Shown here piece after piece: positions 53,223 through 62,962 of a DNA stretch of 64,000 nucleotides (the stretch's first letter is position 1; each line of letters begins with the position of its first letter). This DNA is from an uncultured Clostridia bacterium (GTDB taxonomy: Bacteria; Bacillota; Clostridia; Christensenellales; UBA1242): assembly GCA_946496065.1 (NCBI GenBank), contig CAMMFF010000007.1, forward strand, positions 1,690 to 65,689, written 5' to 3'. Below the pieces are notes generated by a model. That model was not told the origin of the DNA, did not search any database, and saw only the letters and a program-made list of their open reading frames with translations. Position numbers and translations under genes: made by a program.

Positions 53223-53562
53223 TTTACAAGAGGTTAAAAGAATTAAAGATGAAGACAAATTGCTTCAAAAAATTGCCCTTGAAAGTGAAATTGCTTACAT
53301 AGAGAGATTTGTTAAAAACAAAAAAGAAAAAGTTGCAACTCTTTGGGCGGTTAAGGAAGCGGTTTTCAAAGCTCTCGATGTTTCAAGTGGAGAGATTTCT
53401 TTCAAAGAGATTGAACTTTGTCACAAAGAGAGCGGTGCGCCAATCATCATTTTGCATGGAAAAGCAAAAAAGAGATTTGAAATGCTTAAGGGAAAGGAAA
53501 TCAATGTTTCCATTTCTCATCAAAAAAGCATTGTTGGAGCGGTGGTGGAAATTTGCACATAA
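53206..53562 (+). CDS. acpS: holo-[acyl-carrier-protein] synthase
   Basis: IGFDLQEV, WAVKEAVFKAL, SISHQKSIVGAVV. Confidence 0.88.
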   Translation: MMIGFDLQEVKRIKDEDKLLQKIALESEIAYIERFVKNKKEKVATLWAVKEAVFKALDVSSGEISFKEIELCHKESGAPIIILHGKAKKRFEMLKGKEINVSISHQKSIVGAVVEICT

Positions 53563-53621
53563 TCCTTTCATCTATTGAGCATTATTGCTGAGAAAATTAT
53601 CAAAAATTTGTTGCTTTGGTG

Positions 53622-53665
53622 GTGTCACACTGGCTTTTATGCCTTGTGACATCTTTTCTTTTTTA
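53622..53665 (+). terminator. rho-independent terminator
   Basis: TGTCACA...TGTGACA stem, T-rich tail. Confidence 0.7.
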
Positions 53666-53733
53666 CTGATGAATAAAAATTTTTGCTTGTTTTAAAATAA
53701 GTATAAAATTTTGATAAACAGGAGATATTTTTC

Positions 53734-53982
53734 ATGGAACAAAATGTTTTTCATGAACTTGAAAAAAGAGTCGAAGAAATTGAGAAGGAATATGGTTCCC
53801 TTGAAAATTTTGTCGTTAACTCAACAATTACCGATGAGAAACATAGAATGAGAATGGAAGAGCAAAATCCTTCCACATACAAAGAGATGTCGCTTGTTTA
53901 TCAGTCGCTTTCTGATCTTGAACTTGCCGACCTCTTTGACTTTCAAAAATTGGCAGGTTCGTTTGATGGAGAATTCAGTTAA
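53734..53982 (+). CDS. putative MazF-cognate antitoxin, non-RHH type
   Basis: 82-aa acidic ORF overlapping mazF by 17 nt; GGAG SD. Confidence 0.55.
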   Translation: MEQNVFHELEKRVEEIEKEYGSLENFVVNSTITDEKHRMRMEEQNPSTYKEMSLVYQSLSDLELADLFDFQKLAGSFDGEFS

Positions 53983-54319
53983 AAGAGGAGATATATATTT
54001 TGCCGACCTCAGTCCTGTTGTTGGGAGTGAGCAAGGCGGAATACGTCCTGTTCTCGTCATTCAGAATGATGTTGGAAACAAATATTCTCCAACAGTGATT
54101 GTTTCAGCAATAACAAGCCAACTTACAAAAGCAAAACTTCCAACTCACATAGAGTTGTCGTCAGAGGCTTATCATCTTCCAAAAAACTCAGTTGTTTTGC
54201 TTGAACAGATAAGAACTCTTGACAAGCGTAGGTTGAAAGAAAAAATTACTGTTATTGACGAAAGAAAAATGAAAGAAGTAAATCGTGCACTTTTGATTTC
54301 ACTTGGCTTTGTTCAATGA
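53966..54319 (+). CDS. mazF: MazF/EndoA (PemK-family) mRNA interferase toxin
   Basis: [31 protein letters not shown]...[10 protein letters not shown]. Confidence 0.9.
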   Translation: MENSVKRGDIYFADLSPVVGSEQGGIRPVLVIQNDVGNKYSPTVIVSAITSQLTKAKLPTHIELSSEAYHLPKNSVVLLEQIRTLDKRRLKEKITVIDERKMKEVNRALLISLGFVQ

Positions 54320-54420
54320 TTATATTTGTTGAAATGTTATCACAAATCTCAAAATAAATCTCATATTCTGATTTTTAATCAGCAAAAGATGCTTAAAATG
54401 AAGATTTTTTCTTAAAAGAC

Positions 54421-54449
54421 TTTACAATTTTTTCATTCTATGATAAAAT
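54421..54449 (+). promoter_or_regulatory. promoter TTTACA-17-(TGa)TAAAAT upstream of rpoZ
   Basis: Read directly. Confidence 0.6.
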
Positions 54450-54481
54450 ATGGTCGATTAAATTTTAGGAGAATTGCCGTT

Positions 54482-54685
54482 ATGATGATTGAACCACCTA
54501 TTGATGAACTCACAAAAAAAGCACATGGAAACAAATATGTTCTTTCAATTATTGCTTCAAAAAGAGCAAAAGAAATTGAAACAACAAGAAGAGCAGAACT
54601 TGCCACTGCCGATAAAAAATCAATTAGCATTGCCCTTGATGAAATTTATGAAGGCAATGTTGTTCCAAGCGATTTAAATGATTGA
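54482..54685 (+). CDS. rpoZ: DNA-directed RNA polymerase omega subunit
   Basis: MMIEPPIDELTKKAHGNKYVLSIIASKRAKEI; TAGGAG SD; position before priA. Confidence 0.85.
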   Translation: MMIEPPIDELTKKAHGNKYVLSIIASKRAKEIETTRRAELATADKKSISIALDEIYEGNVVPSDLND

Positions 54686-54755
54686 TTTAGGCAAAATTTT
54701 TGTGATATAATTCTACTGTCAAATGGCGGTAGAATTATTTTTTTAGGAGTTTGAT

Positions 54756-56927
54756 TTGTTTGCAAAAATCATAATTGATCAAGACGCTAAGGCTTTGGAT
54801 AAAGTTTTTGAATATCGCGTTCCAGATGATTTGTCTGTGCAAGTTGGAGAAAGGGTGATTGTTCCTTTTGGCAGTCGCAATCTCCAAGGGTTTATCGTCG
54901 GTCTAGAAGATGTCGCAGTCTTTGACGAAAGCAAAATCAAACCTATCGCACGAAAAATTGAAGATTTCCCTGTCATAAAAAAAGAAATGCTGGAACTTAT
55001 GTTCTACATGGCAGACAAACTGCATCTCAAACTTGCAAGCATTTTGAGATTGTTTTTGCCTAGCGAAATGAGAACTGACCAAATCAAAGAACTTATTGTA
55101 AGATATGTTTCTCTTTCAGGTGGCGGACAAATGCCATCTTCCCGAGCAAAAAAGCAGTTGGAAATTGTGGAGTTTTTGAAAGAAAACGGAAAACAAAAAT
55201 TTTCTGATGTTTCCAATCAGTTTGGATATGCTCCACTTTCTGCACTGGTCAAAAGTGGTGTTGTGGTGGTGGAAGAAAAACAAGAAAATCGTGTTCCAAT
55301 CTTTGATGAGATAAAAAACGAACACAGAGTTCTGACCGCATTGCAACAAAGGGCGGTGAACACAATCACAGAAAACAAAACCTATCTTCTTCATGGTGTG
55401 ACTGGAAGCGGAAAAACAGAAGTCTATATGAATTTGATTGAAAGGCAACTTGCTCTTGGCAAAACTGCACTCATGCTTGTTCCTGAGATTTCTTTGACAC
55501 CTCAAGTTTTGGCAAATTTCAAAGCACGTTTTGGTGAAAAAGTGGCACTCATTCACAGTGGACTTTCTGCTGGAGAACGCTTTGATGAATGGAAAAGAAT
55601 TTTCTTTGGAGAAGCAAGAGTTGTTGTTGGTGCAAGGTCGGCAATCTTTACACCGATTGAAAATTTGGGAATCATCATCATTGACGAAGAGCATGAGCAG
55701 AGTTATGTTTCGGAAAGCAACCCAAGATATGACACTCACATGGTTGCGGAGTTCAGAAGGAAATACAACGATTGCACACTTGTTTTTGGAAGTGCAACAC
55801 CTTCAATTGAAAGTTATTCCAAGGCGATTGATGGGGAGTATCAACTTGTTGAAATGCCTGTTCGTGTCAATGGAATGGAAATGCCCAAAATTGTTGTCAT
55901 TGATATGCTTATGGAAATGCGACAAGGCAACAACCAAATTTTTGCCATTCCGCTGATTTATGAACTTAAAAATGTCATTGAGCAGAAGAAACAAGCAATG
56001 ATTTTCATCAACAGACGTGGTTTTTCTTCCTTTCAACGCTGCAGACAATGTGGTTATGTTGCCAAATGCACAGATTGTGATGTGTCACTTGTCTATCACA
56101 GAACAGAGAACAAACTCAAGTGTCACTATTGTGGGAAAAGGTTTAGGGCTCTTGATGTCTGCCCAAGTTGTGGAAGTCGTGACATAAAACAAGGGGCAAT
56201 TGGCACTGAAAGAGTTGTTGAAGAACTTCACAAACTTTTCCCTGATGTGCGAATTTTGAGAATGGACAATGACACCACTTCAAAAAAGAATGGGCACAGA
56301 GAAATTTTGAATCAGTTTAGAAACACAAAACCAGCAATTTTGGTTGGGACGCAGATGATTGCAAAAGGGCATGATTTTGAAGACGTTGTTTTGGTTGGAA
56401 TTGTTGATGCTGACCAAAGTTTGTATCAATCAGATTACCGCTCAATTGAAAGAACCTTTCAACTTATCACGCAGGTTGCAGGCAGAGCAGGAAGAAGTGC
56501 ATCTCAGGGGAGAGTGATTTTGCAGACATACAGTCCAAGACACTATGTCTATAGATTTGCAAGCAACTATGACTATAAAGGCTTTTTCAAAAAGGAAGCA
56601 AACTTGAGAAAGGTTACAAACTTCCCGCCTTATGCACGCATTGTCAGAATTTTGTTTACGCACGAAAATGAAAATACTGTGGCACAAGAGTGCAAAGTGT
56701 GCTATAATAAGGTCAAAGAAGTGAGAGATGCATATGCTGAAGATTTTGTCTATCTTGATGTCATGAAGGCACCGCTCAACAAAATCAAGAACAAATTTAG
56801 ATATCAAATTATGATGAGATTCAAACTTGACAAGGCTGATGAAATTGAAAAGAAAATCTATGATTGTGTTGATGAAAAATGCAAATCCAGCGTCTTTTTT
56901 GAAATTAATCCAAACAATTTGAGTTAA
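54756..56927 (+). CDS. priA: primosomal protein N' (replication restart helicase PriA)
   Basis: GVTGSGKTEVY, DEEHE, Cys4-Cys4 zinc region CRQCG..C..C....C.YCG..C..CG. Confidence 0.93.
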   Translation: MFAKIIIDQDAKALDKVFEYRVPDDLSVQVGERVIVPFGSRNLQGFIVGLEDVAVFDESKIKPIARKIEDFPVIKKEMLELMFYMADKLHLKLASILRLFLPSEMRTDQIKELIVRYVSLSGGGQMPSSRAKKQLEIVEFLKENGKQKFSDVSNQFGYAPLSALVKSGVVVVEEKQENRVPIFDEIKNEHRVLTALQQRAVNTITENKTYLLHGVTGSGKTEVYMNLIERQLALGKTALMLVPEISLTPQVLANFKARFGEKVALIHSGLSAGERFDEWKRIFFGEARVVVGARSAIFTPIENLGIIIIDEEHEQSYVSESNPRYDTHMVAEFRRKYNDCTLVFGSATPSIESYSKAIDGEYQLVEMPVRVNGMEMPKIVVIDMLMEMRQGNNQIFAIPLIYELKNVIEQKKQAMIFINRRGFSSFQRCRQCGYVAKCTDCDVSLVYHRTENKLKCHYCGKRFRALDVCPSCGSRDIKQGAIGTERVVEELHKLFPDVRILRMDNDTTSKKNGHREILNQFRNTKPAILVGTQMIAKGHDFEDVVLVGIVDADQSLYQSDYRSIERTFQLITQVAGRAGRSASQGRVILQTYSPRHYVYRFASNYDYKGFFKKEANLRKVTNFPPYARIVRILFTHENENTVAQECKVCYNKVKEVRDAYAEDFVYLDVMKAPLNKIKNKFRYQIMMRFKLDKADEIEKKIYDCVDEKCKSSVFFEINPNNLS

Positions 56928-56941
56928 TTAAGGAGATTTAT

Positions 56942-57418
56942 ATGGCGACAAGAAAAATTGTGACTTTGGGGAATGAAACTTTGAGAAAAAAATCAAAACC
57001 GGTGACCGTTTTTGATGATTCTCTTGGCATTCTTCTTGATGACATGAAAGCAACAATGATTGAGAAAAAAGGTGTTGGAATTTCTGCTGTTCAAGTGGGT
57101 GTTCTTCGTCGTGCAATCGTCATTGAAGTTGAGCCTGAAGAATATTTGGAAATCATCAATCCAGAAATTGTCAAGACAAAAGGGAAAGTCACAAACAGCG
57201 AAGGGTGTTTGAGCATTCCTGGTTTCTATTGTGATGTCCCAAGACCTAGGTATGTCAAAATTGTTGCACAAGACAGACATGGAAAATTTTTTGAATTTGA
57301 AGCAGAGGATTATATTGCTCGTTGTGTTTGCCACGAGATTGACCATTTGAATGGCATTCTTTTTGTTGATTTGACGGAAGAAGGAAGAGAATATAAAAAA
57401 GAGCATGGGGTGGTTTGA
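56942..57418 (+). CDS. def: peptide deformylase
   Basis: GVGISAVQVG, EGCLS, HEIDHLNG. Confidence 0.95.
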   Translation: MATRKIVTLGNETLRKKSKPVTVFDDSLGILLDDMKATMIEKKGVGISAVQVGVLRRAIVIEVEPEEYLEIINPEIVKTKGKVTNSEGCLSIPGFYCDVPRPRYVKIVAQDRHGKFFEFEAEDYIARCVCHEIDHLNGILFVDLTEEGREYKKEHGVV

Positions 57419-58332
57419 TGAAGATATTGTTTTTTGGGACTCCAAGATTTGCTGAAATCATTTTGCAGGGACTTTTTGACAACAATTTTGATGTTGTTGG
57501 AGTGGTTTGTCAAAATGATAAGCCTGCTGGTCGAGGCAACAAGATGAAGACGCCACACATTGTGGAACTTGCAAGAGAAAAAGGCGTTCCAGTTTATCAA
57601 TTTGAGAAAATTAGGGAACACATTGAAGATTTTAAGGCAATGAATTATGATTTGGCTGTGACTGCTTCCTATGGGAAAATTCTTCCAAAGAGTTTTCTTG
57701 ACTTGAAACCTTGCATAAATGTTCATCCTTCCATGCTTCCAAAATATCGTGGAGCAACTCCAATTCAAAGTGCACTTTTGAATGGTGACACAATGACAGG
57801 TGTGACAATCATGAAGACAGAAGTTGGCATGGACGATGGAGATATTTTTGTTCAGAAAGAAGTGGAAATTTTGCCAGAAGATAACTATGTTTCTCTTCTT
57901 GACAGACTTGCAAAGGTTGGACTTGACCTTTTGATTGAAACTTTGCACAAAATTGAAGATGGAAATGCTGTCAGAACACCACAAGACGACAGTAAGGCAA
58001 CTTTTGTTAAATTGATTCAAAAAGAAGATGCACTTCTTGATTTTTCTATGCCTGTTCAAAGTTTGGTCAACAAGGTTAGGGCATTTTGCGAAAACCCTGT
58101 GGCATTTTTTCATTTGGGGGAGGATAGAATCAAAGTTTACAAAGCAAAGGTTGCAAGTATGAGCACTGATGCACCTGTCGGGCAAATCATTTCAACGAAA
58201 AAACATTTTCAGATTCAAGCAAAGGACGGAGTTTTTGAAATTTTGAAATGTCAAGCCGCAGGTGGAAAGGTTATGGACGCAAGCAGTTTTCTGAATGGTT
58301 ACAGATTCAAGACATTGGCGGTGAGTTTATGA
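57415..58332 (+). CDS. fmt: methionyl-tRNA formyltransferase
   Basis: MKILFFGTP, NVHPSMLPKYRGATPIQ; ATGA overlap with def. Confidence 0.93.
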   Translation: MMKILFFGTPRFAEIILQGLFDNNFDVVGVVCQNDKPAGRGNKMKTPHIVELAREKGVPVYQFEKIREHIEDFKAMNYDLAVTASYGKILPKSFLDLKPCINVHPSMLPKYRGATPIQSALLNGDTMTGVTIMKTEVGMDDGDIFVQKEVEILPEDNYVSLLDRLAKVGLDLLIETLHKIEDGNAVRTPQDDSKATFVKLIQKEDALLDFSMPVQSLVNKVRAFCENPVAFFHLGEDRIKVYKAKVASMSTDAPVGQIISTKKHFQIQAKDGVFEILKCQAAGGKVMDASSFLNGYRFKTLAVSL

Positions 58333-59351
58333 TTTTGGATATGAATTTGCAAGAACTCACAGAATATGTGAAAGAACTTGGACAACCGTCATACAGAGCG
58401 AAACAACTTTATGAGGGCTGTATTCTTGGGAAAAACTTGGAAGAGATTTCAAATTTGCCAAAGTCATTTAAGGATGAAATTGAAAAAGATTTTCCAAGGT
58501 ATGAAGTCGTTGCACATCTTTTCAGTGATGACGGAACTCAAAAAGTTGCACTGAAACTTTTTGATGGAAGCATTGTTGAGAGTGTTTTGCTGAAATATAA
58601 ATATGGCTACACAGTCTGTGTTTCGACGCAAGTTGGTTGCAGAATGGGGTGCAAGTTTTGTGCCTCAACACTGAATGGTTTGCAGAGAAATTTGAGTGCA
58701 GGAGAAATTTTGCTTCAAATTTTGTTTTTCAATCGTTTTCTTGGTGGAACGCTTAAAGAAAGAAAAGTGACAAATGTTGTGCTTATGGGATGCGGAGAAC
58801 CTTTGGACAACTATGAAAACGTTACAAAATTTTTGAAATTGGTTTCTGATGAAAATGGATTGAACATCAGTCAAAGAAACATCTCTTTGTCAACCTGCGG
58901 AATTGTTCCAAATATATACAAACTTGCTGATGACGGTTTTTCTGTGACATTGACAATTTCTTTGCACGCACCAAATGATGAGCTTAGAAAAACAATCATG
59001 CCAATCGCAAATGCATATAGCATTGAAGAAATTTTGAAAGCGTGTGATTATTATTTTGACAAGACTGGAAGAAGGCTTGAGTTTGAATATTCTCTCATTG
59101 AAGGCGTCAATGACGGAGAAAAAGAGATAAGAGAGCTTGCACAAATTTTGAAGGGAAAAACCTGTCATGTGAATTTGATTCCGCTTAACTCAGTCAAAGA
59201 GAAATCTTTGCTTGGGGTGACGAGAAAGAAAGCTTATGTGATTGCTGGAAAATTGGAAAAACTTGGAATTAATGCCACAGTAAGACGAACGATGGGCGAA
59301 GATATTGAGGGGGCTTGTGGACAACTTAGAAACAGAGTTGAGAAAAAATAA
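58329..59351 (+). CDS. rlmN: 23S rRNA/tRNA (adenine-C2)-methyltransferase RlmN (radical SAM)
   Basis: YRAKQLYEG, CRMGCKFCAS, GEDIEGACGQL; ATGA overlap with fmt. Confidence 0.92.
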   Translation: MILDMNLQELTEYVKELGQPSYRAKQLYEGCILGKNLEEISNLPKSFKDEIEKDFPRYEVVAHLFSDDGTQKVALKLFDGSIVESVLLKYKYGYTVCVSTQVGCRMGCKFCASTLNGLQRNLSAGEILLQILFFNRFLGGTLKERKVTNVVLMGCGEPLDNYENVTKFLKLVSDENGLNISQRNISLSTCGIVPNIYKLADDGFSVTLTISLHAPNDELRKTIMPIANAYSIEEILKACDYYFDKTGRRLEFEYSLIEGVNDGEKEIRELAQILKGKTCHVNLIPLNSVKEKSLLGVTRKKAYVIAGKLEKLGINATVRRTMGEDIEGACGQLRNRVEKK

Positions 59352-59363
59352 AAAAGGAGAAAT

Positions 59364-59900
59364 ATGGAAGAAAAATCTGTGAAGAAAAGAGGAAAAGGTT
59401 TTCTGATCACATCAATTGTGATTTTTGTTTTTTCGTTTTTGTTTTTTTGGGGTTCAACGGTTTTTGCAGATATTTACAGAAGTTTGAAAGAAAGTGACAC
59501 AATTGAGATTACGGCTACAATTAAAAATATTAATCCAATTAACTTTTATACAATAAACGTTGAAGAATATAATGCTGGTTTGTGTATTTATTATCAAGAT
59601 ATTGTTCTTGATATGAATGAAATTAACAATTTTTCAATTGGACAAGAAATAACTTTCAGAATAAGATTAAACGAGCGGGAATTGCTTGAAGATTCAAGTG
59701 CCAAAGTGGAAATTGTTTCATTAACCTCAAATGAATCAGAGATCATAACTTTGGAAAGTTATAACACTTTTTCTCAAAAAATGAAACAGCAGGCGATAAA
59801 TGGATTTATTGGTGGCGGAATTTTCTTTTTGGTTTTAGGTGGAATTTTCCTGACAATTTATATATGCCTTAACTTGAAGAGAAAAGGAGAACCAAAATGA
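59364..59900 (+). CDS. hypothetical bitopic membrane protein
   Basis: TM helix near each end, beta-rich middle; AAGGAG SD; ATGA overlap with rsgA. Confidence 0.7.
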   Translation: MEEKSVKKRGKGFLITSIVIFVFSFLFFWGSTVFADIYRSLKESDTIEITATIKNINPINFYTINVEEYNAGLCIYYQDIVLDMNEINNFSIGQEITFRIRLNERELLEDSSAKVEIVSLTSNESEIITLESYNTFSQKMKQQAINGFIGGGIFFLVLGGIFLTIYICLNLKRKGEPK

Positions 59901-60739
59901 GAGGGTTGGTATTGAAAAAACAGGCAGACCTTTTCACAGTTTTGCTCGGAGACCAATTTGTCACGACTGTTGCAAGAAAGGTTTTGAAAAAAGACGGAAT
60001 TTTTGTGGGGGATTATGTTTTTCTTGATGAAGATGACGCCATTTTCAAAATTGACAAGAGAAAAAATGTTTTAATCCGACCACCTGTTGCAAACATTGAC
60101 AGAATGTTTATTGTCGTTGCCCCTGTTCCAAAGGCTGATTTATACACAGTTGACAAAATGATTTTGTTTTGCAAATTAAATGCAATTGAACCAATTATTT
60201 GCATAAACAAAAAAGACTTGAACGAAGAATATTGCAAAAATGTTGAAAATATCTATAAAAAAATTGCAAAAACAATGATTTTTTCCAGTTTTGATGACAG
60301 TGTCATGAAATTGAAAAATCAAATCAAAGGCATTTGTGTGCTTGCGGGGCAGAGCGCCGTTGGAAAATCTTCCATCATTAATGCTCTGAAAAAAGAAGAA
60401 GTCGCAAAAGTTGATACGTTCAGCAAAAAAATTGAAAGAGGAAAACAGACAACAAGAACTGTGCAACTTTTTGAATTTGGCAAGGGGAATTATCTTGCAG
60501 ATACTGCTGGATTTTCCAAACTTGATGAAAGACTCTTAGACATCAGAGAAGATGAAATCAAGAGTTATTATCCAGAATTTTTGACTTTTGCTGAAAAATG
60601 TAAATACAAAAGTTGTGCACATCTGACAGACAAAGATTGCGGAGTTGTCAAAGCGGTCAAAAATGGTGAAATCTCAAAAGAGAGATATGAAAATTATTTA
60701 AAACTTTATCAGGCTGTCAAAAATATCAAAAGATATTGA
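59897..60739 (+). CDS. rsgA: ribosome small-subunit-dependent GTPase A
   Basis: NKKDL, GQSAVGKSSIINAL, zinc cluster CKYKSCAHLTDKDCG. Confidence 0.9.
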   Translation: MRGLVLKKQADLFTVLLGDQFVTTVARKVLKKDGIFVGDYVFLDEDDAIFKIDKRKNVLIRPPVANIDRMFIVVAPVPKADLYTVDKMILFCKLNAIEPIICINKKDLNEEYCKNVENIYKKIAKTMIFSSFDDSVMKLKNQIKGICVLAGQSAVGKSSIINALKKEEVAKVDTFSKKIERGKQTTRTVQLFEFGKGNYLADTAGFSKLDERLLDIREDEIKSYYPEFLTFAEKCKYKSCAHLTDKDCGVVKAVKNGEISKERYENYLKLYQAVKNIKRY

Positions 60740-60793
60740 TAATGATTTTGAAATTTTGACAACTTTTTGTTAGAATAAAAAAGCGGAGGATAT

Positions 60794-61462
60794 ATGAGAA
60801 AACGAGTTGATATATCTGTGTCAACAGACCCAATCAGTGATTATCAGAACATAATTGAATATGCAAAACAAATGCAAGGAATTGCTGAATTTTTGCATTG
60901 TGATGTTATGAATGAGAATTTTGTGCAAAAAAACACCTATGACTTTAATCTTGTGAAAAACATCAATCGAAACAGTGCCATCATGCTTGATGTTCATTTG
61001 ATGGTCAATGAACCCTTGAATGATGTTCCAAAATATATTGAAGCAGGTGCAAACATTGTCACTGTGCATTATGAAGCATTTGAGAACAAAGAAGATTTGG
61101 TGAATGTATTGAAATATATACAAGAAAATCACACTTTGGCGGGAATTTCTTTGAAACCAGAAACACCTTTTAAAGATGTTCGCTCTTTTGTTTTTAATTG
61201 TGATGTCGTTTTGGTTATGGGTGTTGAACCAGGGGCAAGTGGTCAAAAAATCCTGGATGAAACTTATGACAAGGTCAGAGAAATTTATGAATTTAGACAA
61301 TCAAACAATTTAAATTTCAAGATTGAGTTTGACGGTGGAGTCAATCCTGAAACAGCAAAAAAATTGATTGAATGCGGAGTTGACATTTTAGTTAGCGGGA
61401 CCTATGTTTATAACAGCAAAAACAGACAACTTGCTGTTGAAGAACTCCGTGGAGAAGAATAG
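60794..61462 (+). CDS. rpe: ribulose-phosphate 3-epimerase
   Basis: HCDVMNENFV, DVHLMV, MGVEPGASGQ, DGGV. Confidence 0.9.
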   Translation: MRKRVDISVSTDPISDYQNIIEYAKQMQGIAEFLHCDVMNENFVQKNTYDFNLVKNINRNSAIMLDVHLMVNEPLNDVPKYIEAGANIVTVHYEAFENKEDLVNVLKYIQENHTLAGISLKPETPFKDVRSFVFNCDVVLVMGVEPGASGQKILDETYDKVREIYEFRQSNNLNFKIEFDGGVNPETAKKLIECGVDILVSGTYVYNSKNRQLAVEELRGEE

Positions 61463-61483
61463 GAAAAATTTGTTGGTGGAGTT

Positions 61484-62125
61484 ATGATTAAGACAATAAT
61501 TTTTGATTTTGATGACACTCTTTATGTTGGAGATGTTTGGGGCAAAAAATGGGCTGATTTTTTGGAGAAATTTGCCCAATACATTGTGAGAAATGAATCA
61601 ACATATAAAAAAATAATGAAAAAATATGATTTAACAAATTCTTTAAGGACGCAAAAAGAAGTTTGTATTATGTCAGAAAAAGAAGGTTTTGGGCATAGAA
61701 GATTCAAAAAATTTTTAAAGCACAATATTTATGAACACGCAACAAAAGATGTTGAAGTCATCAGCGCAGATTTCTTGAAAGAGCTCAGCAAATCTTATCA
61801 TTTGTATGTGGTTTCATTATCCACACAAAATTATCTTAAGCATTATTCAAAATTGTATGGAATTGATGAAAAATGCTTCAAAAAAATGTATTCTGTGAAT
61901 TTGTGTGCGAAAAACAAATCAAAAGCAGTTCTTTTGAAAAAGATAATGAAAAAAGAAAAGTGCTTGCCAGAAGAGATGTTGATGGTTGGGGATAGTTTGA
62001 AAAGTGACATTGAACCAGCAAAACAACTTTCAATCAACACTTTGCAGTTCAATGGCGATTTCAATCAAATTTATGAATATTTCACAGAAAACAAAATTCT
62101 TGATTGCAAGAAGTACATAAAATAA
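61484..62125 (+). CDS. HAD-superfamily hydrolase
   Basis: IIFDFDDTLY motif I, VGDS motif. Confidence 0.75.
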   Translation: MIKTIIFDFDDTLYVGDVWGKKWADFLEKFAQYIVRNESTYKKIMKKYDLTNSLRTQKEVCIMSEKEGFGHRRFKKFLKHNIYEHATKDVEVISADFLKELSKSYHLYVVSLSTQNYLKHYSKLYGIDEKCFKKMYSVNLCAKNKSKAVLLKKIMKKEKCLPEEMLMVGDSLKSDIEPAKQLSINTLQFNGDFNQIYEYFTENKILDCKKYIK

Positions 62126-62148
62126 AACAGGGCAAAGCCTGTTTTTTT
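62124..62148. terminator. rho-independent terminator (bidirectional context)
   Basis: AAAACAGG / CCTGTTTT stem, T-run. Confidence 0.7.
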
Positions 62149-62149
62149 G

Positions 62150-62962
62150 TTAGGTTGATTTTATTATTTCAATAATTTTTTCTGTTACATCTTGTTTTTT
62201 TGTTTTTCTTTTTTGAGAAATATACGAAGGTAAATAGAACAAGAAAGGAATGAGTGCATATGCAAGATACAAAACAATAATCCAAAGCCATTCTGGCATA
62301 TGGTCTGAAATCAAGGAGAATGGGAAACCACCTCTGAAGAACATATATGAGCAATTATAAACAAAGTTTATGACATTTGCAGGGATTGAAACCACGAAAA
62401 GTGGAATGAAAGCCAAAATGGCATCTTTGATGTTTTTGTAACTATAATAACCAGAGAACAGCATAAGCAAAGCAACAAAAACCATAGTACCATGATAGAC
62501 CAACGTATGCAATCCGCTGAATGAGATGACAGAATAGTTGGACAAAACATTTGAAGGGTAAACAAAGTTAACAAGTCCGCCAATCAAGTTGAGGGTGCAT
62601 AGATAACTGCAGGCCATTTTTCGAGAGAACCCAAATTCCCTCCCCCATATTGCAAATGGCATTACATACATGAAAATGCTGCATATATAAAGAGGAAGAA
62701 TTCCTGTGACTTCAAAACCGTTAGGATTGGTCAGTGACTCCCAGGTGATTTTGACAATTTCAAGAGAAGTCATTAGAGCCCAAAGAACAATAAAAAGAAC
62801 TTTCATTTTCTTTTTGTTCATTTTTCTTAAAAACCATGCCAAAAGTGGAACGGCAATAATTAAGACAATCATTACGCCAATATGCAATGGAGAAAACAAT
62901 TTTCCTGGGATATCTGCGGGCAAGTATGCTTTATTAGTGAAAAAATACTTAAATACATTCAT
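62150..62962 (-). CDS. polytopic membrane protein, paralogue 1 (possibly YwaF/TIGR02206-like)
   Basis: ~7 TM; LEIVKI, LPLYICSIF, YPS, HTLVYH shared with neighbour. Confidence 0.65.
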   Translation of the reverse strand: MNVFKYFFTNKAYLPADIPGKLFSPLHIGVMIVLIIAVPLLAWFLRKMNKKKMKVLFIVLWALMTSLEIVKITWESLTNPNGFEVTGILPLYICSIFMYVMPFAIWGREFGFSRKMACSYLCTLNLIGGLVNFVYPSNVLSNYSVISFSGLHTLVYHGTMVFVALLMLFSGYYSYKNIKDAILAFIPLFVVSIPANVINFVYNCSYMFFRGGFPFSLISDHMPEWLWIIVLYLAYALIPFLFYLPSYISQKRKTKKQDVTEKIIEIIKST

